A stretch of 64,000 nucleotides of DNA from Octopus sinensis (Eukaryota): positions 19,716,001-19,780,000 of the forward strand of contig NC_043010.1 of assembly GCF_006345805.1 (NCBI RefSeq). The letters run 5' to 3'. Positions 1-13,089 of this stretch are shown here, piece by piece (the first letter of the stretch is position 1; each line of letters starts with the position of its first letter). The notes below the pieces were generated by a model. The model saw only the letters and a program-made list of their open reading frames with translations. It made no database searches and was not told the DNA's origin. A program made the position numbers and the translations under genes.

Positions 1-2200
1 GTTCCTAATGTAATATTGGTGACCATCAGAAAAGCTAAAGTATAATTCAATCTCATGGTCACACCCTACCCCAATATCAGTCATGTTAGCATGATTGATA
101 CTGGGGTGTCAGTCATGTTAACATGATTAAAGTAAAACAAAAATACAATGTCACTCACATCCACATTAAGAGTAAACTACAAACTCATTCCTGTTCAAAT
201 TAAGGGTACACTCCCATTACACCAGCCAATAAGGGAACCTCTATGTGGTTGAATGACTCTCTAGAAACAGCAGCAAAATATCCCTCAAATCACACATTCA
301 GCACAAAAGTGAAAGGACACATTGGAGGACAGTATAGGTTTAAATGGGTCTGGAAAAGAAAAAAGGATAACATGGCCATGGTTAGAATGTCTTTGATCAC
401 AGGTCAGCCTAATAGTGGTTGACCTAGGGTGAAACACCACCATTTCACTGCCATTCACATTGTTGTTGGTGGTGATGATGATGATGATGATGGTGATGAT
501 AAAAAATACAACAGCAACAACATAAAAATAAAACTGAAGGTTCTGCTTTAATGGCTGCCTCACATAAAAAACAAAGTAAAAATATAAACAAAAAGAGGGG
601 GAGGTAATGCAGTTTATACATACAGAGAGGGGGAAAGATAGAGAGAGAGTGTGTGTGTGTGCAGAAGTGTATATCGTTATGTGAATATACAGTCATCTAC
701 ATAAATATATAAATGCATACAAACAGGAGTATCTATTAATTTATTTACTCATGATTCGAATGAGTTGCTACTCAGAGTTACTTGGTTTGATTGCAAACCC
801 TTCGGACGACAGCAAAATGATATTTTGTTGTCATCCAACAGATTGCATCTGAGTGAGAAACTCAGAGTTGCAACAGCATGAATTACCAGTTTCATTGACA
901 TCAAAACAAAATCCTTTAAAACATTTATTGAATATTCTTGCTTGTGAAACCAAAACTCTGCGTGTGTGGGTGTGCATGTGTGTGTGAGGGTGCATGTGTG
1001 TCTTGCTATTTAAAGAGGAATCTGTCCACCACTGAAACCACCATCAGAATGTCCGTTCCCTACATTCGCACTTTGTGGATGGGGAGTGGAGAAAGAAGCA
1101 GTGTAGGTCCCACTGCAGTGATATGTAAATATACAGGACATTACCTCCTCAATGTCAGACAAAAGGTGAAAGGTTAAGAGCAAAGAGGGCTCTCCCTGTG
1201 TTTGAGAAAAACTGACAGATCAGCAAGCGGGTATGTCCATACACACACACACACACACAGAAATAAAATGACTGTGTACCTAGCTGTAAGCATATCCTTT
1301 GACTGGTTCCTAACATGGCACTGTGGCCATGCTGGGGCATTGTCTTTTAAGGTTCATTTCATTACATTGACTCCATTATTTCTTTCATTGTGCTTTGGGG
1401 AATGATGACGGTAAAGTGGAGCTAAGATTGAAATCAGAACACTCGTTATTAATTCTGTCGCACACCTTGCTGCTTCTGCTGTCAACCTACCATAAATATA
1501 CGGCAGGTTACAGTTTGTAAATAAAAGGTAGTACCCAATACATGACACAGTACTTATATATATATATGTATATATTAACATACAGAGACACACTTATGGT
1601 GAAGATAGAAAGCCAATCCAGCCATGGAGACTATAGGTGGTGAAACCCACAAAAACAAAACATGGTTGAATGTAGGAGAATGTAATGAGAACATAAGGAG
1701 CTTCGTTGCTCAGAAAGTTCATCATAGTTTGGATAGAGAAGAAATATGCTGGGAACATCTCAAGATGGAGAGTTCCTTGAAACACAGAGAAAGGGAATCT
1801 TCAGATTCGTATGGCCCTTGGTAAAAGCTGGGTCTGAATTTCAGAGAAATGTTAAATGCATGGAGATAGACTTTCAGTTTGACCAAAACCCCATCCACAG
1901 ATGTGAGTGTCCTGACTCTGAAGGAGGATGTAATAAGTTTGTCCAAACACAGGATAAAATTTAAAGACCAAATTTAATTTCTAAGCAACTCAGCCCCTGG
2001 ATGTCATCAAGTATTTATGTATATATTTCACACTCACTAATATCTTTGTTTTTAATTGGTTTTACACCAAATTACAGCCAGCATAACTGACTGACCACCT
2101 ACACAGTTAAACAAACAGAAAAAACAAAAACATGGTACAGAATACACAAAGATATTAAGTGTGTATGTGTGTGTGTGTACATGCACAAACTAGTTACCAG

Positions 2201-2300
2201 TTCAAACATGCTTGAGGCATATTTGAACCCATAAGATAGCCATTCACTGTATTTTGAATGGCTTTATTATGAGTTCAAATAGGCCTCAAGCATATTTGAA
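2201..2300. repeat. 100-nt near-perfect hairpin
   Basis: 46-bp arms (2201-2246 and 2255-2300) with about 5 mismatches and an 8-nt loop. Confidence 0.9.
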
Positions 2301-3273
2301 TTGACAAGAAGTATCTATTTATGCTGTCACCCTGTATATAAGTTTATTTATACACATACATAAATATATATATACATACATAAATATATATAAATATATA
2401 TATACACACATATATATATATGAGACTTATGTCAAAATGTATGTAAACATGAATAAGTGAAAATAAGAACCTACTCTATCACAGTATAACACAAATTGCA
2501 CTAACACAGCAATATAGCAGTGGTTTATCAGTGCAGCCAGGGGACCAACAGCTGCACCTGTAATGCATCATCAGTGTAGTGCAGTGCTGTGTCTCCCACT
2601 GCCGCCTGTAAGAGTGGTGGTGCATTGGTGAGCAATGCACCATTGTTTGCACTGCTTTGCTGCAGTGGTACTGCAAAGGAAGCCTGGGATCCAGCCCCAA
2701 GACACATGTGGTCAGTAAAAGGAAGATATACATGACAATTGGTCATTATGGTGGTGGTGTTGGTGGTGGTGGCAGCAACATCTGCAGAGTTTGGATTAAC
2801 TGTCAACTTTATTGTGCTTATGGGCCGACCCTACTGATGGGGAGTGGTGATGGTGGTAGCTAGGGTGATGATAATTGTTACAGAGGACCAATAGTAGTTT
2901 TGGTGGTGGCCATGGTGATGCTTATGTGGTGGTAGTGTTGGTGGGTGGTAGTGGTGGTGATGTGGAATTAGGACAACTATCTTTCGTAGTGATGCTGACT
3001 ACATAGAAAAAGTTGTCTTGCCTCAAAATACACTGATATCATGCTATACTCTATCAGCTCTGTACCTACTCCTTCCATCATCATCACTGGAGACAGGTAC
3101 CAATACCCCATGTGACAGGCTTGTTAATGGTTGAGAATTCTCTGCAGGAAACCAATGGTAACCTTGTTAACACACAAATAAAGAATATTTATCCACCAGT
3201 GCAGTGTTGAACACTCATTCGCACTGTTCAATATTAGCATGTCTGTGTACGTGTGTGTGCACATACATAAATA

Positions 3274-3322
<49 letters not shown>

Positions 3323-3375
3323 ATGTCATATGACAAAAACAAGTGCTCAACACCACATTGGTGGATAGAATTTAT

Positions 3376-3601
3376 TTATTTGTGTCTTAAGGCTACCATT
3401 GGTTTCATGTTAAGAAAATATCTTAATATCTTAATTTTTCAAGCTGATGACATGGAGGAATAGTGTTCATCTCCATTTGGGTGTTTTCATTCAAAATGGA
3501 GACGAACATCATCCCTCCATGTGATCGGCTTGAAAAATTGTTAAGGATATTAAGATATATTTCTTAACATGAAAACAATGGTAGCCTTAATACACAAATA
3601 A
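3376..3601. mobile_element. Fold-back MITE
   Basis: ~105-bp inverted arms beginning tttgtgtcttaaggctacc and ending ggtagccttaatacacaaa; related sequence near 40580-40700. Confidence 0.75.
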
Positions 3602-3689
3602 AGATATATATATATATATATATATATAACAGTGAACATGTGATGAGAATGATACTGCCATGCCACAATCTCCTATTAACACATACAGT

Positions 3690-3945
3690 ATAAACTCAAT
3701 ATTACAATGAACCAATATTTACCCTATATCATTTCAGTATTAACACTGTAATAGTCCAATATCAGCTGCATAAGTTTAATCCAATATTAACTTAATATTA
3801 GTCTAATATTAATACTGTTTAAACCCAATATTAACAGAATAATAACTCAATATCAACATACATAGAGCCAATATCGGCACAGTATCAACCCAATATTAAT
3901 GCCACATTAATTCAATATTAACACAATAATAACCCAATATTGGTT
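3690..3945. repeat. Degenerate ~22-nt minisatellite (ccaatattaac core)
   Basis: ccaatat/caatat recurs every ~21-24 nt, about 10 or more times. Confidence 0.75.
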
Positions 3946-4145
3946 TCAAATTTTGGCACAAGGCCAGCAATGTCAGAGGAGGGAATAAGTCAATTATATC
4001 AACCCCCAGTACTCAACTGGTATATATTTTATTGAACCCAAAAGGAAAAGTCAACCTTGGTAGAATTTGAACTCAAAATGTATAGATGGATGAAATGCTA
4101 CTAAGCATTTTGCCCTGCATGATAACGCGTCTGCCAGCTCACTGC
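3945..4145 (-). mobile_element. SINE family C copy
   Basis: ccccagtactcaactggt...gaccttggtagaatttgaactca...ctaagcattttgccc...ctgccagctc; also at 5860-6060 and 47195-47375. Confidence 0.75.
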
Positions 4146-4149
4146 CTTA

Positions 4150-4465
4150 TATTAACCCAGTAGCACTTTGTCAGTTACAACGACGAGGGTTCCAGTTGAT
4201 CTGATCAATGGAACAGCCAGCTCGTGAAATTAACGTGCAAGTGGCTGAGCACTCCATAGATATGTGTACCCTTAACGTAGTTCTCGGGGGAAGATTCAGC
4301 GTGACACAGCGTGTGACAAAGCTGGCCCTTTGAAATACAGGTACAGCAGAAACAAAAAGAAAGAGAGAAAGTTTTGGTGAAAGAATACTGCAGTCTGGGA
4401 ATCGAAACTGCCATCCTATGACTGCAAATCTGCTGCCTTAACCACTGGGCCATTGCGCTTCCACA
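4150..4465 (-). mobile_element. tRNA-derived SINE family D copy
   Basis: tRNA-like head at 4390-4460 and body gtggctgagcactcc...cccttaacgtagttctc...gtgtgacaa.gctggccctttgaaatacagg. Confidence 0.75.
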
Positions 4466-5025
4466 TAAACCCAGCATTAATATGGTATTGACATAGCGGC
4501 AAATACAATGAATGTAACAAATGCAGAATGAATTCGCTTTTAATACTCACTATGTCCTCTCCTTACCAAACACCCCACCACTACACACTCTACCAGACAT
4601 CGCTGTACAATACTACAGTTAAGGCACCACCACACAGCACTATGTGAGGGTGCAAGGGGGAAGTATAAGAAGCTTTTATCCAATGACAATGATGATGATG
4701 AATACTGCAGGGGGGGGTGAGGAGGGGGGCGTAATAAAAATGATAACTTCTGAGCTATAACCACAATAACCAAGGTCCACCAATGATGTGGAGGAAGGAT
4801 TGTGACAATAGCATCAACAGCCCCCAATAAGATATTTTATTCTAAAGTCAGCCCCCCCCCCTGCACCCATCGCCCACCCCACCCCGGCAGAATTCAAACT
4901 CACAATGTAACAGGGATGTGATAAAATACACCAAGACAACACAGGTCACCTGATGAAAGTTCGTCTCTGCCTGCTCCTCTTCCCTGGTAGAAAGATTCAT
5001 GTGCATAAGTGTATATACATATATG

Positions 5026-5060
<35 letters not shown>

Positions 5061-5075
5061 GTGTATGTATGTATG

Positions 5076-5120
<45 letters not shown>

Positions 5121-5859
5121 ACAGTCACACACACATAGATACATGTGTATGTGCATATATATACATATATGAGTGAGTGTGTTGTTTATGTATGAATGTA
5201 TAAAGAGGAAATGGTCAACCAACTACAGTTGTATAAAATACAAATTCCAATATTGCTAATGGTGATGCCAACGTTATTTTTATGTCGGACTATAGCTTTT
5301 TTCAATTAGTTGTTTTGTACCAGTATATACCTGGTACTTATTTCATCCACCTTGAATTGAATTCAGGATATGAAAGGCTGTAACTAAATCCGGAAAGCTA
5401 TTTAGTCTGGTGCTCCACCATAAGTGCCAACACTCCATTGTTTCCACTGTAAGACAAGCATAACAGTCACCAGATCATCAGTGTCACAATTCTGCCACTA
5501 CTCACCCATTACTGCCATTTCTTCCACCATAACATAGGTGGCCACATAATTGGTGGGGCAGGGAAATAGTCAAATTACTCCCATCCCCAGAATATGACGT
5601 GCTTTCTTTATCGACCGATCCCACGGACGGAAAGATGAAAGGCAAAGTCGCCCTCAGTACGATTTACACTTTAAATGTAAAAGAATGCTATTAAATAATT
5701 CTCTATTCCCAAATCACTAAATTCTTCAGCATTAACCAACAATCCTCCACACAGGGTGCAATGCTAAACCAATTCTTTGTCATTATTGAATAATTTTTCA
5801 TTTCTGCCAACCACCATCGTTTTAATAATAATAAAAATGATAATAATGGTTCCAAATTT

Positions 5860-6060
5860 TGGCCCAAAGCCAGCAAGTTCGGTGGTAGGGGTTAAATTGA
5901 TTACATCAACCCCTGTGGTCAACTGGTACTTGTTTTATCAACTCTGGAAAGATGAAAGGCAAAGTTGACCTCGGCGGATTTTTGAACTCAAAATGTAAAG
6001 ACAGACGGAATGCCGCTAAGCATTTTTTGCCCAGCATGCGCACAATCCTGCCAGCTCGCT
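5860..6060 (-). mobile_element. SINE family C copy
   Basis: Same signature. Confidence 0.75.
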
Positions 6061-6199
6061 ACTTTAAAACGACAACAACAACAACAACAACAATGATGAT
6101 AATAATAATGATAATAATAGTAATCAGAAGCTTCCAGAAAGTGAAATGTAAAGAAACACCAAGGCTTAAACTAGTCTTCAACTTCCATCTTACCGTTTC

Positions 6200-6949
6200 C
6201 TCTCATTCATTTTCTTCACATTTCAGTGGACACCAGAGAGAGAAAGAAAAAAAAAGGAAGAAGGAAATAACAAAAAAGCAAAAAAAAAAACAACAAAAAT
6301 GCACAGGAAATATCACCCTCCTTCTGCCCCCCACCCTCCACCACCATCGTCATCCTTCTCTCATCTTCATACCCCCCTACTGCTGCTGCTGGTGTAACAC
6401 TGTTCTTTTTCTGTTTGTCTGGTTTAATGTTTATTTTTCTTTTCTTTTTTTTCTGCCTTTTTTCTTCACAAATTAGTATTTTTTTTAAAAGAAAAATGTT
6501 TTTTTTAATTGTTGTTGTATTTTTTGCAATATTTTATATATTTTTTTTACATATCAAACAATTATTATTATTATTATTATTATCATCACTCATCATCGTC
6601 AAGTGTGGTGAATTTTATGTTTTTTTTACGTCTTGTGGGTTTTTTTTACATTGAATTTTTGTTGCAAATTTTCTTTTTTTTTTCTTTATATCACTATTTA
6701 CAAATTTGTTGAATTTATTATTATTATAATTATTATTAGTATTAATTATTAATTATTATCATTATTAATATTGCATACACACACCCAAACACTCAACTAC
6801 ACATACACATGCATACATGCTTACACACACACGTGTGTAGACGTGCACGTGTAAGTGTGCGTGCATGTGTGTGTATGAGTCTGCCTATGTGTGTAAGTCT
6901 GTACATGTGAGTGCATGTGTGTGGGTGTATATATGTACACTAAGCGTTG
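6200..6949 (-). other. ATRN: Proximal 3' UTR of ATRN (end not determined)
   Basis: A-rich, largely TE-free sequence directly after the stop codon, with minus-strand AATAAA at 6719-6714 and 6435-6430. The true poly(A) site is unknown. Confidence 0.55.
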
Positions 6950-7044
6950 CTATATACATGCATCGGGATGTGATTGGTGTATATGTCTTCGGTGTTTGTT
7001 TTTGTCACTTTTGTTGGGTTCACAGCTTTGTTTACGTGGATTAC
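6950..7044 (-). CDS. ATRN: Attractin terminal coding exon: (G)NPRKQSCEPNKSDKNKHRRHIHQSHPDACI*
   Basis: Acceptor tttcttttccattttctgcag; phase 1 joins the previous exon in frame; TAG at 6952-6950. The C-terminal ACI resembles the TCI end of vertebrate ATRN. Confidence 0.9.
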
Positions 7045-7198
7045 CTGCAGAAAATGGAAAAGAAACAACAGCTATTAGACACGGATAGAGAGACGGGCAA
7101 CATTGGAAAACAACAACAAAAAAAGCAAGGCAACAAGGGAGCCTCTACATCCAACCATCTTCTGCTCTGGGGAAGCATTGCTTTCATGAAAATCTTGC

Positions 7199-7585
7199 CA
7201 TCATCATCATCATTTATCGTCTGCTTTCCATGCTGGCATGGGTTGGATGGTTTGACTGAAAGCTACGGTGCTGCACCAGGTTCCAACCTACTTTGGTAAA
7301 GTTTCTACGGCTGGATGCCTTTCCTAATGCCAACTATTCCAAGAGAGTAGTGGGTGTTTCTTATGTGCCATTGACATGACACCGATATCAGCCACAACTA
7401 CAATCTCACTTGGCTTGACAGGTCTACACAAGCTTGGTCTATCACCAAAAGTCTTGGCCCCCTGTCACTGCCTCCATGAGGCCTAAAGCTCAAACTGTAC
7501 TTTTCATGTGCCACCAACACGGGTGCCAGTCAGACGCGACTGCGATTTCACTTGGCTCGACAGAGTAGCCACAAGCACAGCATTC
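7199..7585 (-). mobile_element. SINE family A copy ((GAT)n-tailed)
   Basis: catcatcat...tttccatgctggcatgggttggatggtttgac...gctggatgcccttcctaatgccaac signature, shared by more than 20 copies or fragments in the window. Confidence 0.8.
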
Positions 7586-8514
7586 TCTTGTTTCAGGGAT
7601 TACACTTCAATGCTTATTATCTTTTTTATAAGCCTGGGTACTTAATCTGCCAGTCTCTTTTGCTGAGCTGCTAAGTTACAGAAACATAAACACACCAACA
7701 TCAGTTGTCAAGATGGGGTGGGGGACAAACACAGACACAAAGTCACACACACACAGACATGTCCCACTCATGCTAGCATGGAAGGTGGACGTTAAATGAT
7801 GAGAATGATGGTGATGATATATATAGTAAATAATATAATAGCATATATAGGTATAAGACATCACCAATGGTGCAAATAACACGAAATACGTAAACAAACG
7901 ATATAAAAATGGAAAACAGGACAAGTAAACACAGAGAAAGGAACCTTCATCAGTTGTCGGCTGTTTATCTACTCTTCATTTCTATGGCTGGAGGCCTTTC
8001 CTAACACCATCCACTCCAAGAGTGCAGTGGGCATTTCTTACGTGCACCCATTTCCAAGTAATGATATATATACAGTGGGCTTCTTTCAGTTTCTGTCTAC
8101 CTAATCCACTCACAAGTCTTTGGTTGGCCTGAATCTATAATAGGAGACACCCACATAGTGGGACTGAACCCAGAACCATGTGGTTGGGAAGCAAGCATCT
8201 TACCATGACAGCCATAACTGCGAAGTTTCATAGCAAAAGGTGTATTTAATCGTTAGCCTCTATGTAATGTGGAAGTTGAAGGGAAATTAGTACAATGCAA
8301 GATTTTCAAGCCGGCAGCACTTTCATAGCCTGGGTGATGCCAGTTGTAATTCAGTGTGCTAGAAATAGCAATGAAATCCCACTTACACCATATTCTGTTG
8401 ACTTAATGTGATCCTACACAGTGTGGGGAAAAAAAGAAAAATAAACGATGGGATGTTTACAGTTGGAATGCCTTTTGATCCTCACAGCCAACCTTGGGCT
8501 AAATAACAGCAACA

Positions 8515-8740
8515 TGATCATCATCATCATCATCACTATTCGATGTCCATTTTTCATGCTGGCATGGGTGGGATGGTTTGACAGGAGCTGGCAAGCCAGA
8601 GAACTGCAACAAGCTCTGATGTCTGCTTTGAGATGGTTTCTATGGCTGAATGGCCTTCCTGTTTCGTTCCACTTTGCAGAGGGTACAGGGTGAATTTTTT
8701 TTTTTCATGTGGTACCATCACCATCAAGGTCACCAAGTAA
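8515..8740 (-). mobile_element. SINE family A copy
   Basis: Same signature. Confidence 0.75.
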
Positions 8741-9918
8741 CTTATAAAGACAAAACCAAAATTGATTAATTAATTGCTATGATTTTATTTTGATTTAATT
8801 AGAAGTTCAATGGTGAGGAGTCCATCTTCAGGAACTTCAACGTTGTTGGAAGAATAGAGAACATTTAACCTCATGTTAGAGGTTTGGCCTCTACTTCCAA
8901 CAGAGTGGATTCCACTCAGGGGCCAGGTGGTAGTGGTGGTGGTGGTGTAAACCAAGTAAAGAAGTCTGCTATCCAACAACAGGAATGGTCTCTGATAGAT
9001 TCCACCAAAAAATGTTCAACCATTGAATTTCACTGTGTCGTAAAAGGGGATTGAAATGGGAGCAGCATGATTTATAAAGGGTACTTCTCCATTATACAAC
9101 TCTACCTGCATTCTTTTGGTTCCATGAAATGGGTCAGTAGACATGCAAAGGAGGAATTGGTAACCCAGAGGAGCTGGAACTGTGGGGTTAGCATTGCTAG
9201 AATTGGGGTCATACAGTCCCAAATACAAACCTACTCAATCACAATGGTGCACTGATATAGCACATAACAGCAGTCAGGCACACTGTTGCACTAAGAACAA
9301 TATAGTAACTATCAGTGCAGCAGTTATGCACATTGGTGCACTAAATGCAAGATATGAATAGTTAATGCAGCAGCACAGTGATGCAGTGACACACTTACAG
9401 AGCAGTGTTTTATTTGTGCAACAAAAAGTGCACACCATTTGTCTTTGCACTTGTTTCCCTCCTTCTGTCTAAAATTAAGCTTTATAACCATCCAACCCAT
9501 GCCAGCATGGGAAACAGATGGATGATGATGATGATAATCACTATTGTTAATGAAAAACAATTAATGACTGCAACTTATACACCATCAGTCTGTGTGGCTG
9601 CTATGAGGTTCCACACCACTACTTCACAGTTAAGTAACAACTGATTTAAGGGCTGAAAGCCAACCCCACCACTACAAAATAAAAAAAAACAGAAAAAATA
9701 TGCCCTGCGTGTGTTGGACAGTTTGACAAGAATTAGCAAAGCAGGATCCACACCAGGGTCCACTGTCTGTTTTGACTTGGTTTCTACAACTGGATGCCCT
9801 TCCTAATGCTAACAACTTTATAGGGTGTACTGGGTGGTTTTCACATGACACTAGCACCAATACTTTTAATGTGACACCATCACCAGAGATATTTATATAT
9901 ATTATATATATATAATTT

Positions 9919-9949
<31 letters not shown>

Positions 9950-9951
9950 TA

Positions 9952-10540
9952 TCATCATCATCGTTTAACGTCCGCTTTCCATGCTGGCATGGGTTGGACG
10001 AATGACTGAAGGCTGGCGAACCAAATGGCTGCACCAGGCTTCAATCTTGATCTGGCAGAGTTTCTACAGCTGGATACCCTTCCTAATGCCAACCACTCTG
10101 AGAGTGTAGTGGGTGCTTTTTACATGTCACCGGCACGAGGGCCAGTCAGGCAGTACTGGCAACGACATCGCTTGAATCTTTTTACACATGCCACCGGCAC
10201 AGGTGCCAGTAAGGCGACGTTGGTAACGATCACGCTCAATTGGTACCCTTTTACGTGCCACCGGCATGGAATCCAGTTGGCTGCTCTGGCAACGATCACG
10301 CTTGGATGGTGCTCGAGTGCCAGTAATGCGATGCTGGTAACGATCACGCTGGAATGGTGCCTGGAAGCCAGTTAGCCGCTCTGTCGATGATCACACTCGT
10401 ATGGTGCTCTTTGCACCCCGCTAGCACAGACGCCAGTCATCAAATTTGATTTTGATTATTGATTTCACTTTCCTCAACAGGTCTTCACAAGCAGAGAAGG
10501 AAAAGGTACGTATAAGTGGGCTGGTAACGCCCCTGGTATA
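9952..10540 (-). mobile_element. SINE family A, long copy with expanded internal tandem module
   Basis: Signature plus 4-5 repeats of ggcaacgatcacgct..gatggtgc. Confidence 0.85.
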
Positions 10541-10629
10541 GGCCACGAGATAGATATACATAAACAACAACATCAACAACCTAAAGAGAATTATATAAAA
10601 GGCTGTCCATTTGTCCTTTTGATACTCAC

Positions 10630-10783
10630 CTAAAGATACGAGGGCACTGGCAATAGCCAGCCCTGATTGATTACTCGGAGTATAGTCCTCATCACCACAG
10701 GGGAGCTGGACAAGGAGCGACAGTACTGCTGCCTTTTGACCATTTAATGGTTCTAATGCAATTGGGCTTGGTTTATTGCTCAC
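10630..10783 (-). CDS. ATRN: Attractin exon: VSNKPSPIALEPLNGQKAAVLSLLVQLPCGDEDYTPSNQSGLAIASALVSL(G)
   Basis: Acceptor ctattttccag, donor TAG|gtgagt; 154 nt, phase 0 to 1. Aligns with the recalled human ATRN block PKPIALEPCFGNKAAVLSVFVRLP...GQSGLAVASALV. Confidence 0.96.
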
Positions 10784-11222
10784 CTGGAAAATAGAGAAAT
10801 ACATATTAGAGACAGACCCTGAACTAGGACATGAGGGTGGATAACGATGTGTATGAGGGTGGATGCTAGTAGATAACAAGGTGGACAGTTGCAAGTATGA
10901 AGGTGGATACTAGGGAATGATAATTCAGAGATGAATTTAGCAAGTAGGCAATCATCGACGTTCATTGTCAGTCCCCTCCTGTTTACTCTATAGTTCCAAG
11001 AGAGAAGAGTTCAAGAAGGACTGATGTAATTCTTATAAATGAATCAGTCAAAGAATCAGAGTAAAAATTCCAGCGTGGAAGCAACGTTTAGAATAAAAGA
11101 TAGCTGAAAGTAAAGACAGCAACAACAAAAGATTTAACAAAATTTTGCTGCCATTTGAGAAGGCAGATAAGGTGTAGAGAGGGAACCTAAATACTTTAAC
11201 CAATGTAAACCATAGATATATA

Positions 11223-11425
11223 TACAAGGGGGTGCTGAAAAGTTCCTGGCTATCATGAAAGACCTGGTTGGAGACCCAACTTTCCAAGTTCTTTTACAGG
11301 GCTTAGAAAAACTGAAGGACTGCTGCAATAAGTGTGTGAATCTGAGAGGGGAATATGCTGAATAAAATCATAATTAACTGATTCTCCTTTACCCAAAGTC
11401 AGGAACTTTTCAGCAGTCCCTTGTA
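11223..11425 (+). mobile_element. Mariner-derived deletion derivative (MITE)
   Basis: TIRs tacaagggggtgctgaaaagttcctggct and agtcaggaacttttcagcagtcccttgta with TA ends; interior resembles the mariner C-terminus (GLEKL..C.NKCVNLRGEY). Confidence 0.8.
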
Positions 11426-11454
11426 TGAGAGGTGACAGGGACACAAGGCAGGTT

Positions 11455-12430
11455 AATATAGGAGAACATCATGTAGCAGATATACAGGAAGTTAGTAATA
11501 AGTGCTGGTGCTTCATATGGCAGGCTACAGGAGAGGCTGAGGAAAAATAAGCATGTTTCTATATGGGACAAATGTAAGGTATACCAGGCCATAGTGCTTC
11601 CTTCCATCCCTGCTGTATGGAGCTGAAATCTGGACAGTCTATAAAGCTCAAGTAGACAAGTTACATGTGTGTATGATGGGACAGCTATGATGAATTATGA
11701 ATGTATAACACACTGACAGGATCAGGAATCAAGAGATCCGACAGTGTGTTGGTCTCCTCTTCGATCACCTCTGTCTACGCCAGATCCTTCGTGTCCGATG
11801 GTATCACTTTGCCTCCAACAATTCGGTGCAACACCAGTACAGAATCACCTCCCTCCGACAAGTCATCCCAATGAGACGCCTGCGTTGGCTGGGTCATTCC
11901 CTCCGTCGTCAACCAGGAGAATTCATCTACAAAGCAATTGCCCCAGCTCCCCTTCAGGGTTGGCGAAAGCAATATGGTGGACAACGAAAAACCTGGCTGA
12001 TGACGATCAAGGCTGATCTGGAACCCAACCTAGGCCCCCATATCTACGGCATTCACCACTGGAATAAGGAGTGGTTGGAGATCATGCGGTCGTTAGCCTC
12101 AAATTGCCAGGTCTGGTCGGCGTTTGTGAGAGATGCAGCATTGAGGATGAATGAAGTCAACTCAACCCACCCCGGGTGAATGCTGTCTCAAGTCAAGTGT
12201 TGGTCTCTGCTTTCTATGATGGAAATCTTCATTGATAGAAATTTACACAGGGTGGACAACAGCAGACTCTGCAGACAACTGCTTTACTCCCAATAACGCA
12301 AAAGGAAAGAGAAACCATGGAAGACCTGGACGGAGATTCAAGGATACTGCAAAAAGGAAGATGAAGTGGAAAGGAATTGATAGTAATAAACAGAAACAAA
12401 AGTAAAAACTGACCAGTGTGGAAAAAGCTT
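11455..12430 (+). mobile_element. Degenerate RTE-clade LINE fragment (RT C-terminus) split by a nested insertion
   Basis: KVYQAIVLPS.LYGAEIWT and NQEIRQCVGL before the insertion; LHRVDNSRLCRQLLYSQ..RNHGRPGRRFKDT after it. Confidence 0.8.
11757..12196 (+). mobile_element. 5'-truncated RTE-like LINE 3' end nested in the older RTE
   Basis: ORF with RRLRWLGHSLRR...GGQRKTWLMTIKADL; caagt repeat tail; 11-bp TSD gtgttggtctc at 11746-11756 and 12197-12207. Confidence 0.85.
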
Positions 12431-12479
12431 CTCAAGTCATGCCTAAGTCATGAGCAGACATAGTCACGATGACTGACTG

Positions 12480-12760
12480 CAGATAGATCTGATTGAAGAG
12501 TAGCTGTGAAATGGATTCTTCCAAAGAGCCTGGAAGTTCACTAGAGGCAGTTAACAGCTTCTGTTAACTGGGTGACATGATCAGCAAAAGAAGTGGATCT
12601 TGGAAAGTACAGTAACAAAGGAAACAGGGGTGGACAAAGTTCAGGGATCTGTTGTCTCTGTTAGCAGTAAAAGGCTTCTCTCCCTGGGTGAGGGGTGCAT
12701 TGTATAATATTTGTATATGAAGTGCAAAGTTGCAGGGTAGAGAGATATGGGAGTTGAATA
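12480..12760 (+). mobile_element. Degenerate RTE LINE RT fragment
   Basis: LEAVNSFC*LGDMIS...GWTKFRDLLSLL..KGFSPWVRGALY, the typical RTE post-RT segment, with stops. Confidence 0.65.
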
Positions 12761-13089
12761 TGGAGGACTTGAAAAGAAAGATGTGAGAGATTTTAGAGTG
12801 AATAAATGATGGAGCCCAAATGAGTTGAGAGAAAAACAGGGCAAAAAGGAATGAGATAAAGTGGGAGAGAAGACTGCATCAGTATGGGATGCATATGGAG
12901 GATGGCAATTACAGAAAGAAGTACAGAGCTTTTAAATCAGGCAGGGGCAAGCTTTTTGAGAAGAAAGCCACATGGAATATGATTCATCATCGGAGTGAAA
13001 CACACTATTGGAAATATTCCAGGTAATTTTTCATTAGGTGTGCCATTCAGGAAGTCCTATAGGATGCAGTTTGTCCATGATGAATTTAA

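Noticed and set aside
1010-1195. Minus-strand exon-like frame GEPSLLLTFHLLSDIEE(VMSC...GQIPL*) with acceptor aaacacag and donor gtaatg at 1144
   Set aside because: No recognisable homologue, no partner exons found, and it lies past the ATRN stop codon; cannot be supported without RNA-seq.
1594-1964. Overlapping 60-75 aa ORFs on both strands in non-repetitive sequence
   Set aside because: No recognisable motif; probably an old TE or UTR sequence.
7850-7975. Minus-strand CTGATGAAGG suggesting another hammerhead
   Set aside because: No stem II or GAAA follows; incomplete.
8785-9255. Protein-looking minus-strand ORFs in the last ATRN intron (…MSTDPFHGTKRMQVELYNGEVPF…)
   Set aside because: Weak acceptor, early stops, no family match; the real terminal exon was found at 7044-6950.
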